A stretch of 64,000 nt of DNA from Octopus vulgaris (GCA_951406725.2 OX597814.1:20894001-20958000), one strand, 5' to 3'. Numbered from the stretch's first letter, positions 24,999 through 37,767 are shown. Notes: a model not told the origin generated them from the letters alone. Translations and numbers: made by a program.

Positions 24999-26049
24999 AA
25001 ATTATATAGTCTTCCTGTCTGGAAACTTGTATAGCATACCACTCTGTATAGAGCAACTCTTGTAGAATACACATTGGAAAGGCATTTCAGCTGACTACAC
25101 ACTAGGCGCTTTCCTTTTGATGTTGGCATCCATTCTTTTTTTTTCTTTCTAATATCTATTTATAGAGATTAGCTGAATTTCGAGGATTATCCCACTGGCA
25201 AGCTTTTGCCTCTCTCTCTCAAAGGCTATTTATTTTTGCTGAATAGCCTGTCTGTAATTGCTTTCTGCATCTGTTCAAGCTTGCAGTTGGTTGCATTGCT
25301 TTCATTATCATTATCAGAGCTGTTGTTGGAGTCACTATTTCCACTATTGGATATTAATTTCAATTCTCTATCACACAGTTATGCTTGTATATTTTGGTAA
25401 TCTTTCTGCTACTTCAGAAAATTGTGTATCAATTGTTTATCTAATGAAGCATTGGATTTTCATGAACATAGTAGTTAGATTTCTATTGAAATTCTCATTT
25501 GAGTTTGCATAGGTTATTTTGAGCATTTTGGGACAGGTTGGTAAAAGAAGCCAAAATAATTTTTGGGTGGTTTTGGTTGGGTTGGTATTGAAAGTACCAA
25601 TAGGGGATCCCAGATCCAGTGGTCAGATGACTAAAACAATTAAGGGCACAGATCTGAGATCAACTGATAGCCTTCTCTTATTTTGCTTAGTTCCTAGAAG
25701 TTACGTTGCTAACTCTGCAAATTAGCGCATTTATTGATTATGAAGTATGTCCATACATTTGGGAGCCCTACATTTATTTACAGCTTCGTTGAGTGGGTGT
25801 CAGTGATATCAACCAACAACTGTTCAGTTAGTATTTGACACCCAATCAATTTGACAAGGTGCTTTTAAAAGTTAGAATGTAAAAATGATAAATAATGTAA
25901 GTACCTTGATAAGTCAGCCAATTGCAATTGTCTATGTTAGAAAATATTTTGTTCATGCTAAGAATAAACAAATAACTTATTCTAATTTTTGCTGTATTAT
26001 TTGTGATAAGATATAATTCATCCTCTTATTTTTATTTATTTATTTGTAG

Positions 26050-26779
26050 ATATGCGCTCCAGTTTTCTTCAGTCTAGAAATGATGGGATGAAAAGACCAC
26101 TTGATACCAGAATTGTACGATCTTCTTATAATCTGCCACCTGAAAATAAATATTTTAAAAATGAGCATCGTGACTCATTATATGCAAGCGATCGCTTGAA
26201 TGAAAAGTATAGCTACCCTGTTGAATATCCTCCAATGAAGAGGGACTCTTCTGAAGCCAATTCCAATCTAGAAATGGCATCTTTGAGAGTCTCTCTCAGA
26301 AAGTTACAGCATTACTTAAGTGACAAAGAATTTACATACAATTCAGCCATTATGTGTCTTGATCGAGCTCTTCATGCTACACATTGCACTTTCTTTTTGG
26401 ATTATAATGTTAGGAAGGGCTACATTGAAAAAGAAGGAATACTTAAACTTGGAAGTTTAGCCATTGGTTTTGGAAAATCTGTTTCTGAAGAAGAAACTCA
26501 GAAGTTGGCATATATTGATGCTTTGAGATCCTTAAAGTATAAGAGAATTGAAGAAATCTTAAATTCAAGTGATTGCAATGAAACAAAATATTATCAAGAA
26601 CCAAATAAACCAGCCATACTGTTAATTAAAAATAAATCTATTTCTGAACTTGTTATTATAGAATCAGATTTGTTTGCATCAGATCGTTTCAAATTCTCGG
26701 TATCTATACTTCACAACAGTGTGGTAGCTAACAAAATGAAAATAAAATGGGATCATGCTGTTGAACTGGGTACACACAA
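26050..26779 (+). CDS. NKRF-like gene, coding exon 2 (dsRBD-like domain 1 and N-half of dsRBD-like domain 2)
   Basis: Acceptor TTTGTAG| at 26049; 243-codon open frame; donor CAA|GTAAGG at 26780 (phase 2). Motifs NSAIMCLDRAL...IGFGKSVSEEETQKLAYIDALRSL and ELVIIE...SVSILHNSVVANKMKIKW resemble the NKRF/CDKN2AIP-type dsRBD repeats (recalled). Confidence 0.85.
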
Positions 26780-27304
26780 GTAAGGCACTTTCTATTATAA
26801 TTCATGTATGTAAGAGAGAAATTACTATGCTTGTGTGCACGTATTGTAAATGTATAATGAGTGTTGAGTGAAAATATGTTACATGATGACAGGGGAAGAC
26901 ATATTCAGTAGATGTGGAGGGAAGTAATGATGCCAGATCTGTGATTAATGACCCGACTCATGGATGAGATTATTTGGAATCATAATGGGTAGTGAAAACC
27001 AGTCAGTCCATGCCAGCATTGGAAAGATGCTAAAATGACAAATTTTGTTTGTACAACACAGAAGTGTACATTATTTTTAATATATTTTTGAGAAATAACA
27101 ACAACAAAACTAGTAAAGGAAGTGATGGAATTCAGGTTTCCAATTAATAAAAATGGAATTAAATTACAGATGATAGAAATAGAAAAATTTCAGTTTGGAG
27201 AAACATTTACTATAATTCAAAGCCATAAATAATGATAGACATTGCATTATGTTGAAGAAATGGGATTTGGTATTTGTGTGTGTATGTATATATATACATA
27301 CAGA

Positions 27305-28517
27305 CAGACGGTGCGTAAGATATTTGAGGACAGATTTATGTGTATAAAAAAAACATAAAATAACATAACTTTATTTATCAAAAAATGCTATGAGGATAAT
27401 AAACCTTCTTTTCTATAATGTTATTCAATAAAGCCATCTTCAGCTTCAACATCTGCTTCTATATGAGATCTAAATCATCTACATGCTCGAATCAAGTGGT
27501 CCTGGTTCATTTTGGACATTACTCTGACTATGGCTGCTTTCAAAGAATCTTTGGTGTTATGGGTGTGCTCATTGACCTCTCTCTTAACAATGCTGCACAT
27601 ATAGTCCACTAGATTGAAATCTGGGGAATTAAGAGGCCAAATGTTAGGGGCTGTGTGATCATGAAAATTTTCAGCCATCCATTCTTGTGTTACTAGAGCC
27701 ATGTGTGATAGTACAGAGTCTTACTGAAATACATATGGCCTTCCATTGCATACACTGTCTATCCAGGGCTTAACAATTATTTTCAGGACCTCAATGTAGG
27801 CAGCAGAGTTAACTATAAGGCCTTGTAGAAAGAAGTAAGGAGGTATTACATGTCCTTCATTGCTGACAACCAATAAAACCATGACAGTTGCAGGAAATTA
27901 GGTATGCATAACACTTGGAAGTTCAGAAGGGTCTACACAACTATCTGTCATTTCTTCTGTTAACTTTTTGATCTTGGTTGGCGTTTTTCTTGAGAAAAAC
28001 CAAATCAAATCTACTGGAATTTTCAGTTTGTTTAAGAGCCTTTTAGATCTGTTGTAGTGATTTCCTTTTGCTTTTTATGATAAATTGACCTTTCCTCATC
28101 ATATAAAACATATCTGATGTCTCCGTGGACAACATTTCTGATTGTCCTTCTGACACAGAGAAATCTTTTGCAATTGACCTCATGGACTTTCTGGTCTGTT
28201 GATCTTGCTGGATAAATTCAAGTGTTCTGATGATTTCAGAGTGTTTAGAATGCTTTTTATGCTTTGATACTGGTGATACATTTCCATCTTCAGTCTCTAG
28301 CTCCTTACGAACTTTGTAGATGAAACATCTGGCAACTTTTAAAAATTGAGATATTTCTAAATCACTATGCTCAGCCTTTATAACAACATCCACTTCCTTT
28401 CTTGATTAAGCTGAGGGTCTACCATTATTATTTTCTGAAACAAAGATTATACAGAGTTAGCAAAAAATGCAGCAATGACCTGAAAAAGGTATGTTCTCAA
28501 ATATCTTATGCACCATG
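27305..28517 (-). mobile_element. Decayed Tc1/mariner element (maT/DD37D-like) with both TIRs
   Basis: TIRs GGTGCGTAAGATATTTGAG / CTCAAATATCTTATGCACC; transposase remnants KAEHSDLEISQFLKVAR, VMVLLVVSNEGHVIPP, WPLNSPDFNLVDY. Confidence 0.85.
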
Positions 28518-29373
28518 TATATAAATAGTATAGCTTTGTGTTAAAGCTCAAGTTAGAAAGAGAATGTAGTCAGCCACTGGACTATTATGTCATTCAGTAT
28601 AAACTGAACATGCTCTCTCTCTCTTTCCCTCTTTGAAGATTGCTTTATGTTAAAATCAAAGCTAATGCAAGCATAACTGAACAATCATATTTTGTTTTCA
28701 AGAGAATGAATTATGTACTCTTTTCTTTAGGTGTATACATCCAAAATAATTGTTATGGGATAGATCCTGCACAAATCACTATTTCCAATCCTTCCATCTC
28801 AAATGTTAGCCCTCTAGCAACTCCTTTCTTAGTCAAATTTTTCCAGTAGTTGTTGACTTTCGAAAAGTTCAAGAGGAGCATTAGTAGTATCAGTCTTACT
28901 AATCTAGGAGTGTTTGTAAAATTTTGAGTACTGTTCCTTCCTCCACATCCAGCAAGTAAAAAAAAAAAAATCCACGGTTTATAGTAGTAAAGATGGGTGG
29001 TGATAAAGAGAGAGTGAGTGATGACTGTTGATATAAAAAAGTTAAGGTTGGGGAGATTGAATATAGTCAAACCCAGTGTTTTCCCTCATTATACTACTGG
29101 TGTGATGTGATAAAGGGTGATGGTAGATCAAATAAATGTACATTCCAACCTCCGTCGCCCACTATTTCTACATCAGTTATTCTATACTTCCATGTGTTGG
29201 ACAGGTCTTTGACATAGCATGTTGCCGCTTGATTACAGTGTGTTGTTTGTGTGCGTCAAATTTGAATGAGAGAGGTTGTGAAAGAGCATGCTTTTATGAT
29301 TCTGTTTTATTCAATTTTCATGGGGTTTTTTGCATCAAACAACAAAAATGTACCGATAAAATTATAATCTTAA

Positions 29374-29589
29374 CCCTTTAGCATTTAAACCAGCCATATC
29401 TGGCTGAAATATTGTACCTGTTTTATGTTCAAGCTGGCCAGATCTGGTTTCTCATACCACCCCTACAATATCATTCTAAAAAAAGTTACCTCATCAAAAT
29501 CTCAAAGCTACAAGATAATGTGTAATTAATTCAAAACAATGTGAATGAATAAGCATTACTTTTGACAAAATAATGTGAATGCTGAAGGG
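29374..29589. mobile_element. piggyBac-like MITE with TTAA target duplication
   Basis: TTAA|CCCTTTAGCATT ... AATGCTGAAGGG|TTAA. Confidence 0.75.
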
Positions 29590-29957
29590 TTAAAAAATAA
29601 AACTCAAATATTAACAGAATGTACCTTTAAGGAACCTTTGTTCATGGAAAGAAAACATTTTGACTTGTACATTACATACTGTGGCATTGTTCAATTAATT
29701 TTGATATATGTATATATTATGATCATCATTGTCACCTAATGTTCACTGTTGCATGGGGCAGACGGAATTTATTGAGACCAGTTTTCTATGTTTAGATGCC
29801 CTTCTTGTCACCTACCTTCACATGCTTTCAAGCAAGGTAATATTTTCCCATAGTTAGATATGTTTTTCTTGAGAAAATAAAAACTAATCATCTTGCTTGT
29901 TAGATAATCATATACAACCATCACATGATGCCTAGGCAAGGGTACATACATATGAAC

Positions 29958-30024
<67 letters not shown>

Positions 30025-31463
30025 TATATATATATATATACATAATACACATGCACACACAATGGGCTTCTTTCAGTTTCCATGTATTAAATCCTCTAAC
30101 AAGGCTTTGGGTTATAGTAGAAGGCACTTGCCCAAGGTGCTGTGCAGTAGGACGGAACCCATGACCACATGGTTGGGAAGTAAGCTTCTTAACCACACAC
30201 ATACACACACACCCTTGCTTTTGTTTAAAACCAAAGTTTTGATTATTCTTATGATATCAAGCATACTAAAACTTCATCAGGCTATATAACAGAGAATATG
30301 TACAGAGTGTGCTGACATTCTAACACTGCACTACACATTATATAGCAATACATTATTCACACTTTTATTACTTCTTCCACCATTGTGTATTCTTCCTATC
30401 ATTCTCTCTTCCTCCCCATCTAGCTACAAATACTGTTTTTCTATTCAGTCTCCATACCAACAACTGATGTATAGAGATATTGTATCATTATCTCCTCCAT
30501 TATTCCCTTTTTTTTAATCTCCTTATTTCTATTACTCTGGTTCTCTTTACTCTCTTGCCCTGGCTCTCTCCTTTAACACTCTAAATTGTTACTTTGAATG
30601 AATAGAAGCAACATAGGGTAGAGATGACTTAGTCTTGCCAAAGACAAGAGAAATCTCTAGTGCTGTGCATCCAGTATAGTTTGTAAAGTGGTTGAATTTA
30701 GGAAGGGCATCCAATGTATGAGCTGTGTCAAAAATGGAATGTCCAAGTGTGATGTGGTCCTCAATCTGTCTAGGAGAGGATTAACTCCAAATGAATAGAC
30801 ATGGATCATGATGACCTGTCCAGCCCATGCAAGCTTGGAAAGGAAAATTGAAATTAATGATGATAGTGATGATATTTGTTATACAATGCCAAAGTTATGT
30901 ACTGTGTACCTAATTACTTCTAATGAATTTCAAAGAATCAGGAATATCATAAAGTGGCTAAGTTCACCTTGTCTAACTCCACAATAGTCGCCATCAGGAT
31001 CTAGAATGGATATTTGTCAAAAGAAAGCTGCTTTTATACAAGCTACTCCATACCCTGTTGTCCTATTTTTAACTTTAATAAACTTCCTTTACTTATTGTC
31101 TCTGAGTTCACTCAACCCACATTTCAAGGCAAGGCCTATAAATTTTAATGCAATTTGCAAGCCTTATATATAACCCTCCATGTCATAGGTTATTACTTAT
31201 TTAACTCTGCTTTTCAGTGAGTTAATGCAAAGCACTAATTCCACATAGCTATGGTAATATTTATTCATCCAGTAACATAGTCTGTCTAGTGTCTAAAGTT
31301 TTCATAGCATCTATATCTGCCTAAATTTTGCCCAACTATTGCATACTCTTGAAAAATATTTTCTTTAATAGTTTTGGCTTGTTACTATAAAAATAATTTA
31401 TTGATTACATCACATACTCCATATTATATTTATTTCTACTTGTATTATTTATTTCATTTTCAG

Positions 31464-31590
31464 GATGAGTGTATATGTACAGGAAAAACTTGTGGGAACC
31501 GGACGTGGTACCACAAAACCTGATGCTAAGAAACATGCTGCTTGTGATGCACTCTTCAAGTATTTTTACAAAAATAATGTCATCCTTCAG
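31464..31590 (+). CDS. NKRF-like gene, coding exon 3 (C-half of dsRBD-like domain 2)
   Basis: Acceptor TTTTCAG| at 31463, donor CAG|GTAATA at 31591. Translation (K)MSVYVQEKLVGTGRGTTKPDAKKHAACDALFKYFYKNNVILQ fits the dsRBD G-x-G-x-[ST]K-x-x-A-K-x-x-AA-x-x-AL signature. Phases match both neighbours. Not in the ORF track. Confidence 0.88.
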
Positions 31591-32628
31591 GTAATAAATT
31601 CTGTTATTACTAGTTTTTAATGTTCATTTTTCTAATCAGAGAAATTCACTTGAAATAGATACTATTTCAATTCAACCTACCAAATCATCATCTCTTTTCA
31701 TCAAATGCTCAAATTAATGCTGTTCATTGTATGTGCCAATGGATATCTATAATGAGCTGTCGATTTTTTTTTTTGTTTTGTAGTAATTTCAAAATTTGAC
31801 ATCTCCCTGTTCTAGCATATAAATTTGCAGTACAAGATCACATTTGTGAAGAAGTTCTGAGATCTATTTTTTTTCGAGCTATTGTCCTTACATCCATCAC
31901 CAGCATACATTTATTTCACTTGAGTGTCAGTCTATTTTCTTTGGTAACTAGTCTTCTGAATATTCCGGAGTTGATTCTTCTGCTAATTGAATGCATATCT
32001 GCTCATAATTTTATAGTACCTTGTCAGTTTTCCATTGTCTCTTTATTATACCTGTTGTTTACACTGATTTCTTTGTTTCTGCTTAGTTAGATTGAATAAC
32101 AATTTTTGCTCTTCCAACATTTTTGTAAATTTATTAAAGGAGCAAGCATGGCCATGTAGTTAACACTTCAAAGCCATGTGGTTTTAGGGGCAATCTCATT
32201 GTAAGGTCCCTTGGGCAAGTATCTTCTATCATCATGCTGGCCATGCTTTGTAAGTGAAATTAGGTAGTGTGGAAACTGTACAAAAGCTCATATATGCATG
32301 TTTGTCCACCAGTGGCGAATGTCAGGAATGGCATTTGGCCATAGGATCTCTCGAGAAGCTTTGTCAGCATGGAAAAGACAGACATAAAAATGATGATGGT
32401 TTTGCAATAAGAACTTGATATTTAGTTTAGAACTGTTCAAATCCTTTATTACCAAGTGTCTAAGTGTTCCTTAACTTGGCTTTCAGTATAATCATTAAGA
32501 TAGACTAAATGATTTAAAAAAATCATTCTACTACACTCAACTTTCTTTAGAGCACTAAATGCAAAACCATTTGCTCTTAACTGAGTTTTATTTCATCTAA
32601 TCCAACCCAACTAATTATCTTGTGTTAA

Positions 32629-33855
32629 TCTCTCTATATATAAAACTGAGAATGTGTGTCTGTCTGTGTGTTTCCCCAAAACTTGAGAACTACACAACCA
32701 ATTTCATTCAAATTTTACACATGCCTTACTTAGAGTCCATGTAGTGTCATGGGCAAAAAAAATGTTTAACTTCTTGCCTAGAGCAATATCATATCTTCTC
32801 CACTATTTCAGTATTACGTGTTAAAAGTGAAACAAAAATATCTCTCTATTGTATATGGATGTATATATATATATATATATTACAAAATATAAAGTTATAT
32901 CTTGAGATTGTTAGTGACAACAACGCTCAAAATATATAACAGACTGGAATAGTAGTGTTCCAATGAGCTGTATACACTTTTTAATCCGAGGGGAGGCAAT
33001 GCGAGCAGCAACTACAAGAGCACTACAAAATCCACAGAAAGATCAAACACATACATATATTCATATATTCATTTATATCTACAGAACAGACATAAAGCCC
33101 GACATTTAGAAATATATAGTAATATATAAACATCATATAAAAATATATTGTACGCATAAGATCCACTCGACGTTCCATAAGAAATTTAGAAATAAAAATT
33201 GCAATAAAAGTTAGAGGTAATAATAACAATTGAATTAAATATAGTAAGTAGTAATTAAATATATTTTATTTTATTAAAATGGTAATTAAATCGTAATATA
33301 ACAATTAAAAGAAAAAATAGCAATTAGTATAAAATGTATCAAGGACTTGAACTCGAATATGTGGCTTTGCATGAATGGGAGAAATTAAAAGATGAAAAAT
33401 TTAATTGGGTGCAGAAGTGAATTAGTCCAGATGGAGCTGTGCGCATACCATTTACTATAGCTGCTAGATTGAATTATATGCTTATAAAGTAGCATTCAGT
33501 ATCTATGAAAATTTTGGGGAGTACATAATGTCTGGTCTTTCGCATATAGCCGGTATGTAAATGTGGATTTGTTTCCGTGTACTATGTGTTGTGTGTAAAA
33601 AACATCCTGACGAGGGGAGTGTCAATTTTAAATATATGATATGTTTCATATTAATTGGTGCACCTCCGAAACAGCCCGTAGATGAACTTTTATGTATTTT
33701 TGTAAATTTGTATGTTTATCTTCTATGTATTTTTCTCTGGAATTTTAATTCGTCATTTTATATGTCGTTGTATGTTTTATAAACCCAAATTTTTAATTTA
33801 ACAAATTTATACCAAACTAGCACTATGACCCAGCAATGCTGGGTCATAATGCTAG
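32629..33855 (+). mobile_element. Non-autonomous Helitron with nested Penelope-like DNA
   Basis: A|TCTCTCTATATATAAAAC 5' end; 3' hairpin ATGACCCAGCA-A-TGCTGGGTCAT (33825-33847) followed by CTAG|T; A/T insertion site with no TSD. Confidence 0.8.
33590..33697 (+). ncRNA. Type I hammerhead ribozyme motif
   Basis: Stem I CATC/GATG directly flanks CTGACGA (33607-33613) and GTA (33678-33680); imperfect stem II GGGGAGTGTCAATT/AATTGGTGCACCTCC; CGAAA at 33667-33671; minimal stem III AC-AGCCC-GT. Confidence 0.68.
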
Positions 33856-35628
33856 TTTTGCTATATTTCTTACATCTTCATAACTTGATACATTCAATCT
33901 TGGAGTGATAGATGTGATATATGTCAATTTATTCTCTTTGGTATCTCACTGACCACTCATGAAGGGTTAAAGCTTTCTTTGTTTTCATATCCTTAATTGC
34001 TGTACTTAACTCCTGATTGTTTTTTGTAGCTAGCACCTGTTAGTTGCATTGTGTTAGACTCTGTCTCTATTCCATTCAGTATTTATCATTGCCACTGAAA
34101 ACTATTCCATCTGTATAATTTTCAAACTTCTCTCTAATAGCTCATAATTTATAATACTTTATACTCTCTCATCATTATGACTTAGAACTTTGTTTTCTTT
34201 AGATATTCAAATTTCTGTATCACCAATAGGCTGGAATTAAAAGGGTATGCATTTGCTCATTCCATTTTTGCAATCCTTTCCAAGTTTGTTGCATATCTCT
34301 TACTGTTACTTACACTTAACACTCTTTCATTGCATTCTGTCTGGTTTGTAGCTCTCTAGTTTGCTTAGTCTATGTTCTAGCATGTGTTATTCATTAACAC
34401 TGACAAGTCATTTATATTTTAATGTGTATTTTCTTTTTAAACATATTTATACTATTTATAAGGATAACATTTTTTATGTCAATGACTTAGTTAAACATCA
34501 AATCAGTCATTTTCAAATGATGTTTTAAAAGTTGAGTGGTGTAGATGTTACTATACATTGTTGATATCTTTTTTATTTGATTTCTGTACAATTTGGGACT
34601 TTTAACATAAGATTTATAAAGTATATTAATTTCCTCCCTTAGAATTCATTGTCAGCTATTTCATTTCTTGATATGTTTGAATAGTTGGTGTATCTCATGA
34701 CATGTTTGGAGATATATAAACTGAAGTGGTTGCAGTTTTAAAGAATGCAAATACTCAATAAAGCTTTACTACAATGCAAAAACATTTTATCATTGGGAAG
34801 CAAAGCAATGGATGCTTTCAGGATATTCTTTAATTTAATGATACATCTTTATTGCTTTGTGAAGTGAAAGCAAATATATATCTATATAATTTCAGCTCTC
34901 TTCTACTTTTAAAAAGTTTACTTTAATTTCTTAATGAAGTGTATCAAGAATGCTTTGTCAAACTCTTTATGATTTCTTGACACTGGTGTGTCTTTTGATT
35001 GAGGAGTGCTTTTTGTTGTTATCTTAGTTGCAGGGTTAATGTATACATGAACTTAAGAATAAGCCAAAAGACAATTGTTTTGTCAAATCTGTTGGGGTGA
35101 TTATGCAGCTCCTTGAAAACTTGTCCTTTCATCTTTAGGAATCTTTGAAATAACTACTCCATCTACAGTGTCCTTTGATTTGTCTACATGTTGCAACATT
35201 CTTCTGCATGAAGTGATGCTCTCTTTCAATTCTATGCAGTGTTCCTGTACTTGATGTATAGTTTTTATATATGTGTATAATATATAATGAACACTTTTCT
35301 AGATTTTGAGTCTATGAATTATGAGGCCTTATGTATACATATGAATGAACTGCTTCCCAGTTTTCCCTGGCCATATGTTGGATGACAGCTGGTTATAGAT
35401 TTCACCACATAAAGCATTTTTGCAGCGTGTAGTTTTTCCCTAAGATATTAAACTCAATAGGAATATAGAAAATTTTCTATGATCATTGAGACAAAAGAGG
35501 TTACCTTTCAAATATTCATATCCTCCTCCTCATAATCGTCATTATTATTATTATTATTATTTTAATGTCTATTTTTCTATGCTACTTATATTTAAATGTG
35601 TGTGTATATTATATTTTTTATACATCAG

Positions 35629-37767
35629 GTTGCTTCAGAAGTTGAAAGTGAAATCTGTATTCCCTATTCAAATGTAATGTATCTTGTTGGTGAAGTTAAA
35701 AGAAGAAGGAATTCTTATTCCGGTGATGAATACGCAGATGATGGTCCCTTTGCTACAGTAATAGAAAACCTGATTGACAGCTATTCATGGAGTGTATTGA
35801 ATAATGAACTCTTATTTGGCCCTGGGTTTTTTGGTGACCAAGTTGTATTGATTAAAAAAATTGGTGAGAAGAAAAATTTACTCATGCGGAAAAAAAGATA
35901 CAAAGATGGACATTACTTCTCTTTACATACTGGTGAAGACTATTCTGATATCGTAAAATATCTCCTAAAGAATGGTGGACGTGGTGGTAAATATCGCATT
36001 GTTCCGAAATCAGATATACCTGAATTAAAATCTGCAAAATGGCAATATTATCAGAAAGGAGTTAATACTTCTAACCAAATGACAGGAAATATGAATGAAA
36101 TGTCAGATTATTATAGAAATTATAATGATGGCAATTTTGTAAGGAGAGATGACCAATTATCACACAGTGAGAATGTTCGTAAAAATCTTAGTGATTCCTG
36201 CACAAATATGAGCCAAGATCCTTATGATTATAAAGGCTACAATTATGGTAAACATTCTGACAACAAAAGAGACTATGATCGCCATTTTTCCAATCCTAAT
36301 TTTTCCAAGTCAAGCGTAAATTTGGTGGAATCAAAACAGATTTCAAACATGGGTGCTAAGCACATAAATTCAAATTCCAGCTATTATGATAGGCGCTATG
36401 TTCCAGATGATTATGAAAGAGAAATAAATGTTTGTAATCGGATTAATTCTGATGCTAATCATAATGAAAGAGGATTATATTCTCACAATCAAAGATCTTC
36501 AATGAATGATGATGGTAGATATAATTCTATGGATGACCAAGATAACAGTTTTCATCATTCAAAGCCTGGTTATAGTCAGAGGTCTTATGATTTGGATTGT
36601 AACCCTGCAAGGGATCGCATGCTTTCAACAGATACAAACACTTATGACTCAAGGTATTTCAGAAAAAATTTTGACTCAGCGACAGATGAGAAAATGGATG
36701 ATTTTACTTATAGTTGTAATAATAGAGGTTTTGATTTAACTGAGTCTAATGATAATTATCATTCAAGAACTGTTTATGAATACGATAATGTTCAAAACAG
36801 AGCTGGTTTTAATCCTTCATCAATGTATAATTCTCGTGATATCACTGCTGCACCGAAAGAGCATACTGGTTTTAATCAAGAATATGGTGCGGGAAACCCA
36901 GTTCCAAATTATGACAGGGAATTCTCCCGCTTACCTGACCAATATAACAAGCCATATATGTATGCATCAGGAAATGAAAAAAATTTTCAAATGGAAAGAA
37001 GAGAAGAAATGTTTGATAGAGATTTTCATCCAATGTCTGGAAGAAAATTCAATGAAACACCTAGTTTTCAGAATAAACCAATTCGCCAAAACTCACTCGA
37101 TATGTCTTTTAACCAAATTGACAATAAAAATGTTAATGTTAACAGAATGGATTTAGCACATGGGTTTGGAAATACATATGGCAATGTCAAAAGAAACAGT
37201 GGAAATAATGCATATAACAGAGAATTGAATCTCAGAGAAACTGCCAGAAATATTGGCAACATCAGATCTGTTGGAAAAGATGTTCCCAAACCTTGGTTAC
37301 CAACAAATAATAAACTCGCTGGCAATCTATCTATGACTGCAATACAAACTTTAAATGTGCAAAGATTGGGACTCAGCAAATTAAGCAATAGAATTTCATC
37401 ATCTCTTATGAACATGACTCAGTCACCGAATAACAACCAAATAATGCTTTTGAAATTTCTTACCAAGAAAATTGCTCAGAATGCTTTACAAAACAATGTT
37501 AAGAACATACTTGCAAATGCAAAACGGTTGTCAAATATTGCCAAAGCCCGTCAAATGATGGAACAGGCTAAAAAGCCTTTTAATGTTCAAAAGAAGCCCA
37601 ACTTAAAAAACAAATCAAAAAAAGCGAAAGCTGTCCAACCTCCACGCAATCAAGCAACACCTAAACAAGCAGCACTGAAGCAAGCAGCACCCAAGCAAAC
37701 TTCAAATACTCCAAAAGTCACAAAAGTTAAACAAGCCAGTGTACCTCCAAAAAAAGTGAAGAAATAA
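35629..37767 (+). CDS. NKRF-like gene, terminal coding exon (degenerate R3H-like domain plus ~590-aa low-complexity tail)
   Basis: Acceptor TACATCAG| at 35628, phase 0, in frame with the 723-aa ORF; TAA at 37765-37767. IENLIDSYSWSVLNNELLFGPGF...DIVKYLLKNGGRGGKYRIVP resembles the NKRF C-terminal R3H region (recalled). Total CDS 181+730+127+2139=3177 nt = 1058 aa plus stop. Confidence 0.88.
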   Translation, partial: VASEVESEICIPYSNVMYLVGEVKRRRNSYSGDEYADDGPFATVIENLIDSYSWSVLNNELLFGPGFFGDQVVLIKKIGEKKNLLMRKKRYKDGHYFSLHTGEDYSDIVKYLLKNGGRGGKYRIVPKSDIPELKSAKWQYYQKGVNTSNQMTGNMNEMSDYYRNYNDGNFVRRDDQLSHSENVRKNLSDSCTNMSQDPYDYKGYNYGKHSDNKRDYDRHFSNPNFSKSSVNLVESKQISNMGAKHINSNSSYYDRRYVPDDYEREINVCNRINSDANHNERGLYSHNQRSSMNDDGRYNSMDDQDNSFHHSKPGYSQRSYDLDCNPARDRMLSTDTNTYDSRYFRKNFDSATDEKMDDFTYSCNNRGFDLTESNDNYHSRTVYEYDNVQNRAGFNPSSMYNSRDITAAPKEHTGFNQEYGAGNPVPNYDREFSRLPDQYNKPYMYASGNEKNFQMERREEMFDRDFHPMSGRKFNETPSFQNKPIRQNSLDMSFNQIDNKNVNVNRMDLAHGFGNTYGNVKRNSGNNAYNRELNLRETARNIGNIRSVGKDVPKPWLPTNNKLAGNLSMTAIQTLNVQRLGLSKLSNRISSSLMNMTQSPNNNQIMLLKFLTKKIAQNALQNNVKNILANAKRLSNIAKARQMMEQAKKPFNVQKKPNLKNKSKKAKAVQPPRNQATPKQAALKQAAPKQTSNTPKVTKVKQASVPPKKVKK

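Noticed and set aside
24741-30289. ORFs rich in YIYI/RERE/CVCV
   Set aside because: Dinucleotide microsatellite read-through.
35596-35628. ORF-track start MCVYIIFFIHQ for the 723-aa ORF
   Set aside because: This is intron sequence (polypyrimidine tract and CAG acceptor); the exon starts at 35629.
36506-37415. Overlapping alternative-frame ORFs in the large terminal exon
   Set aside because: I/M/L-rich by-products of the AAT/GAT-biased main frame; no evidence of dual coding.
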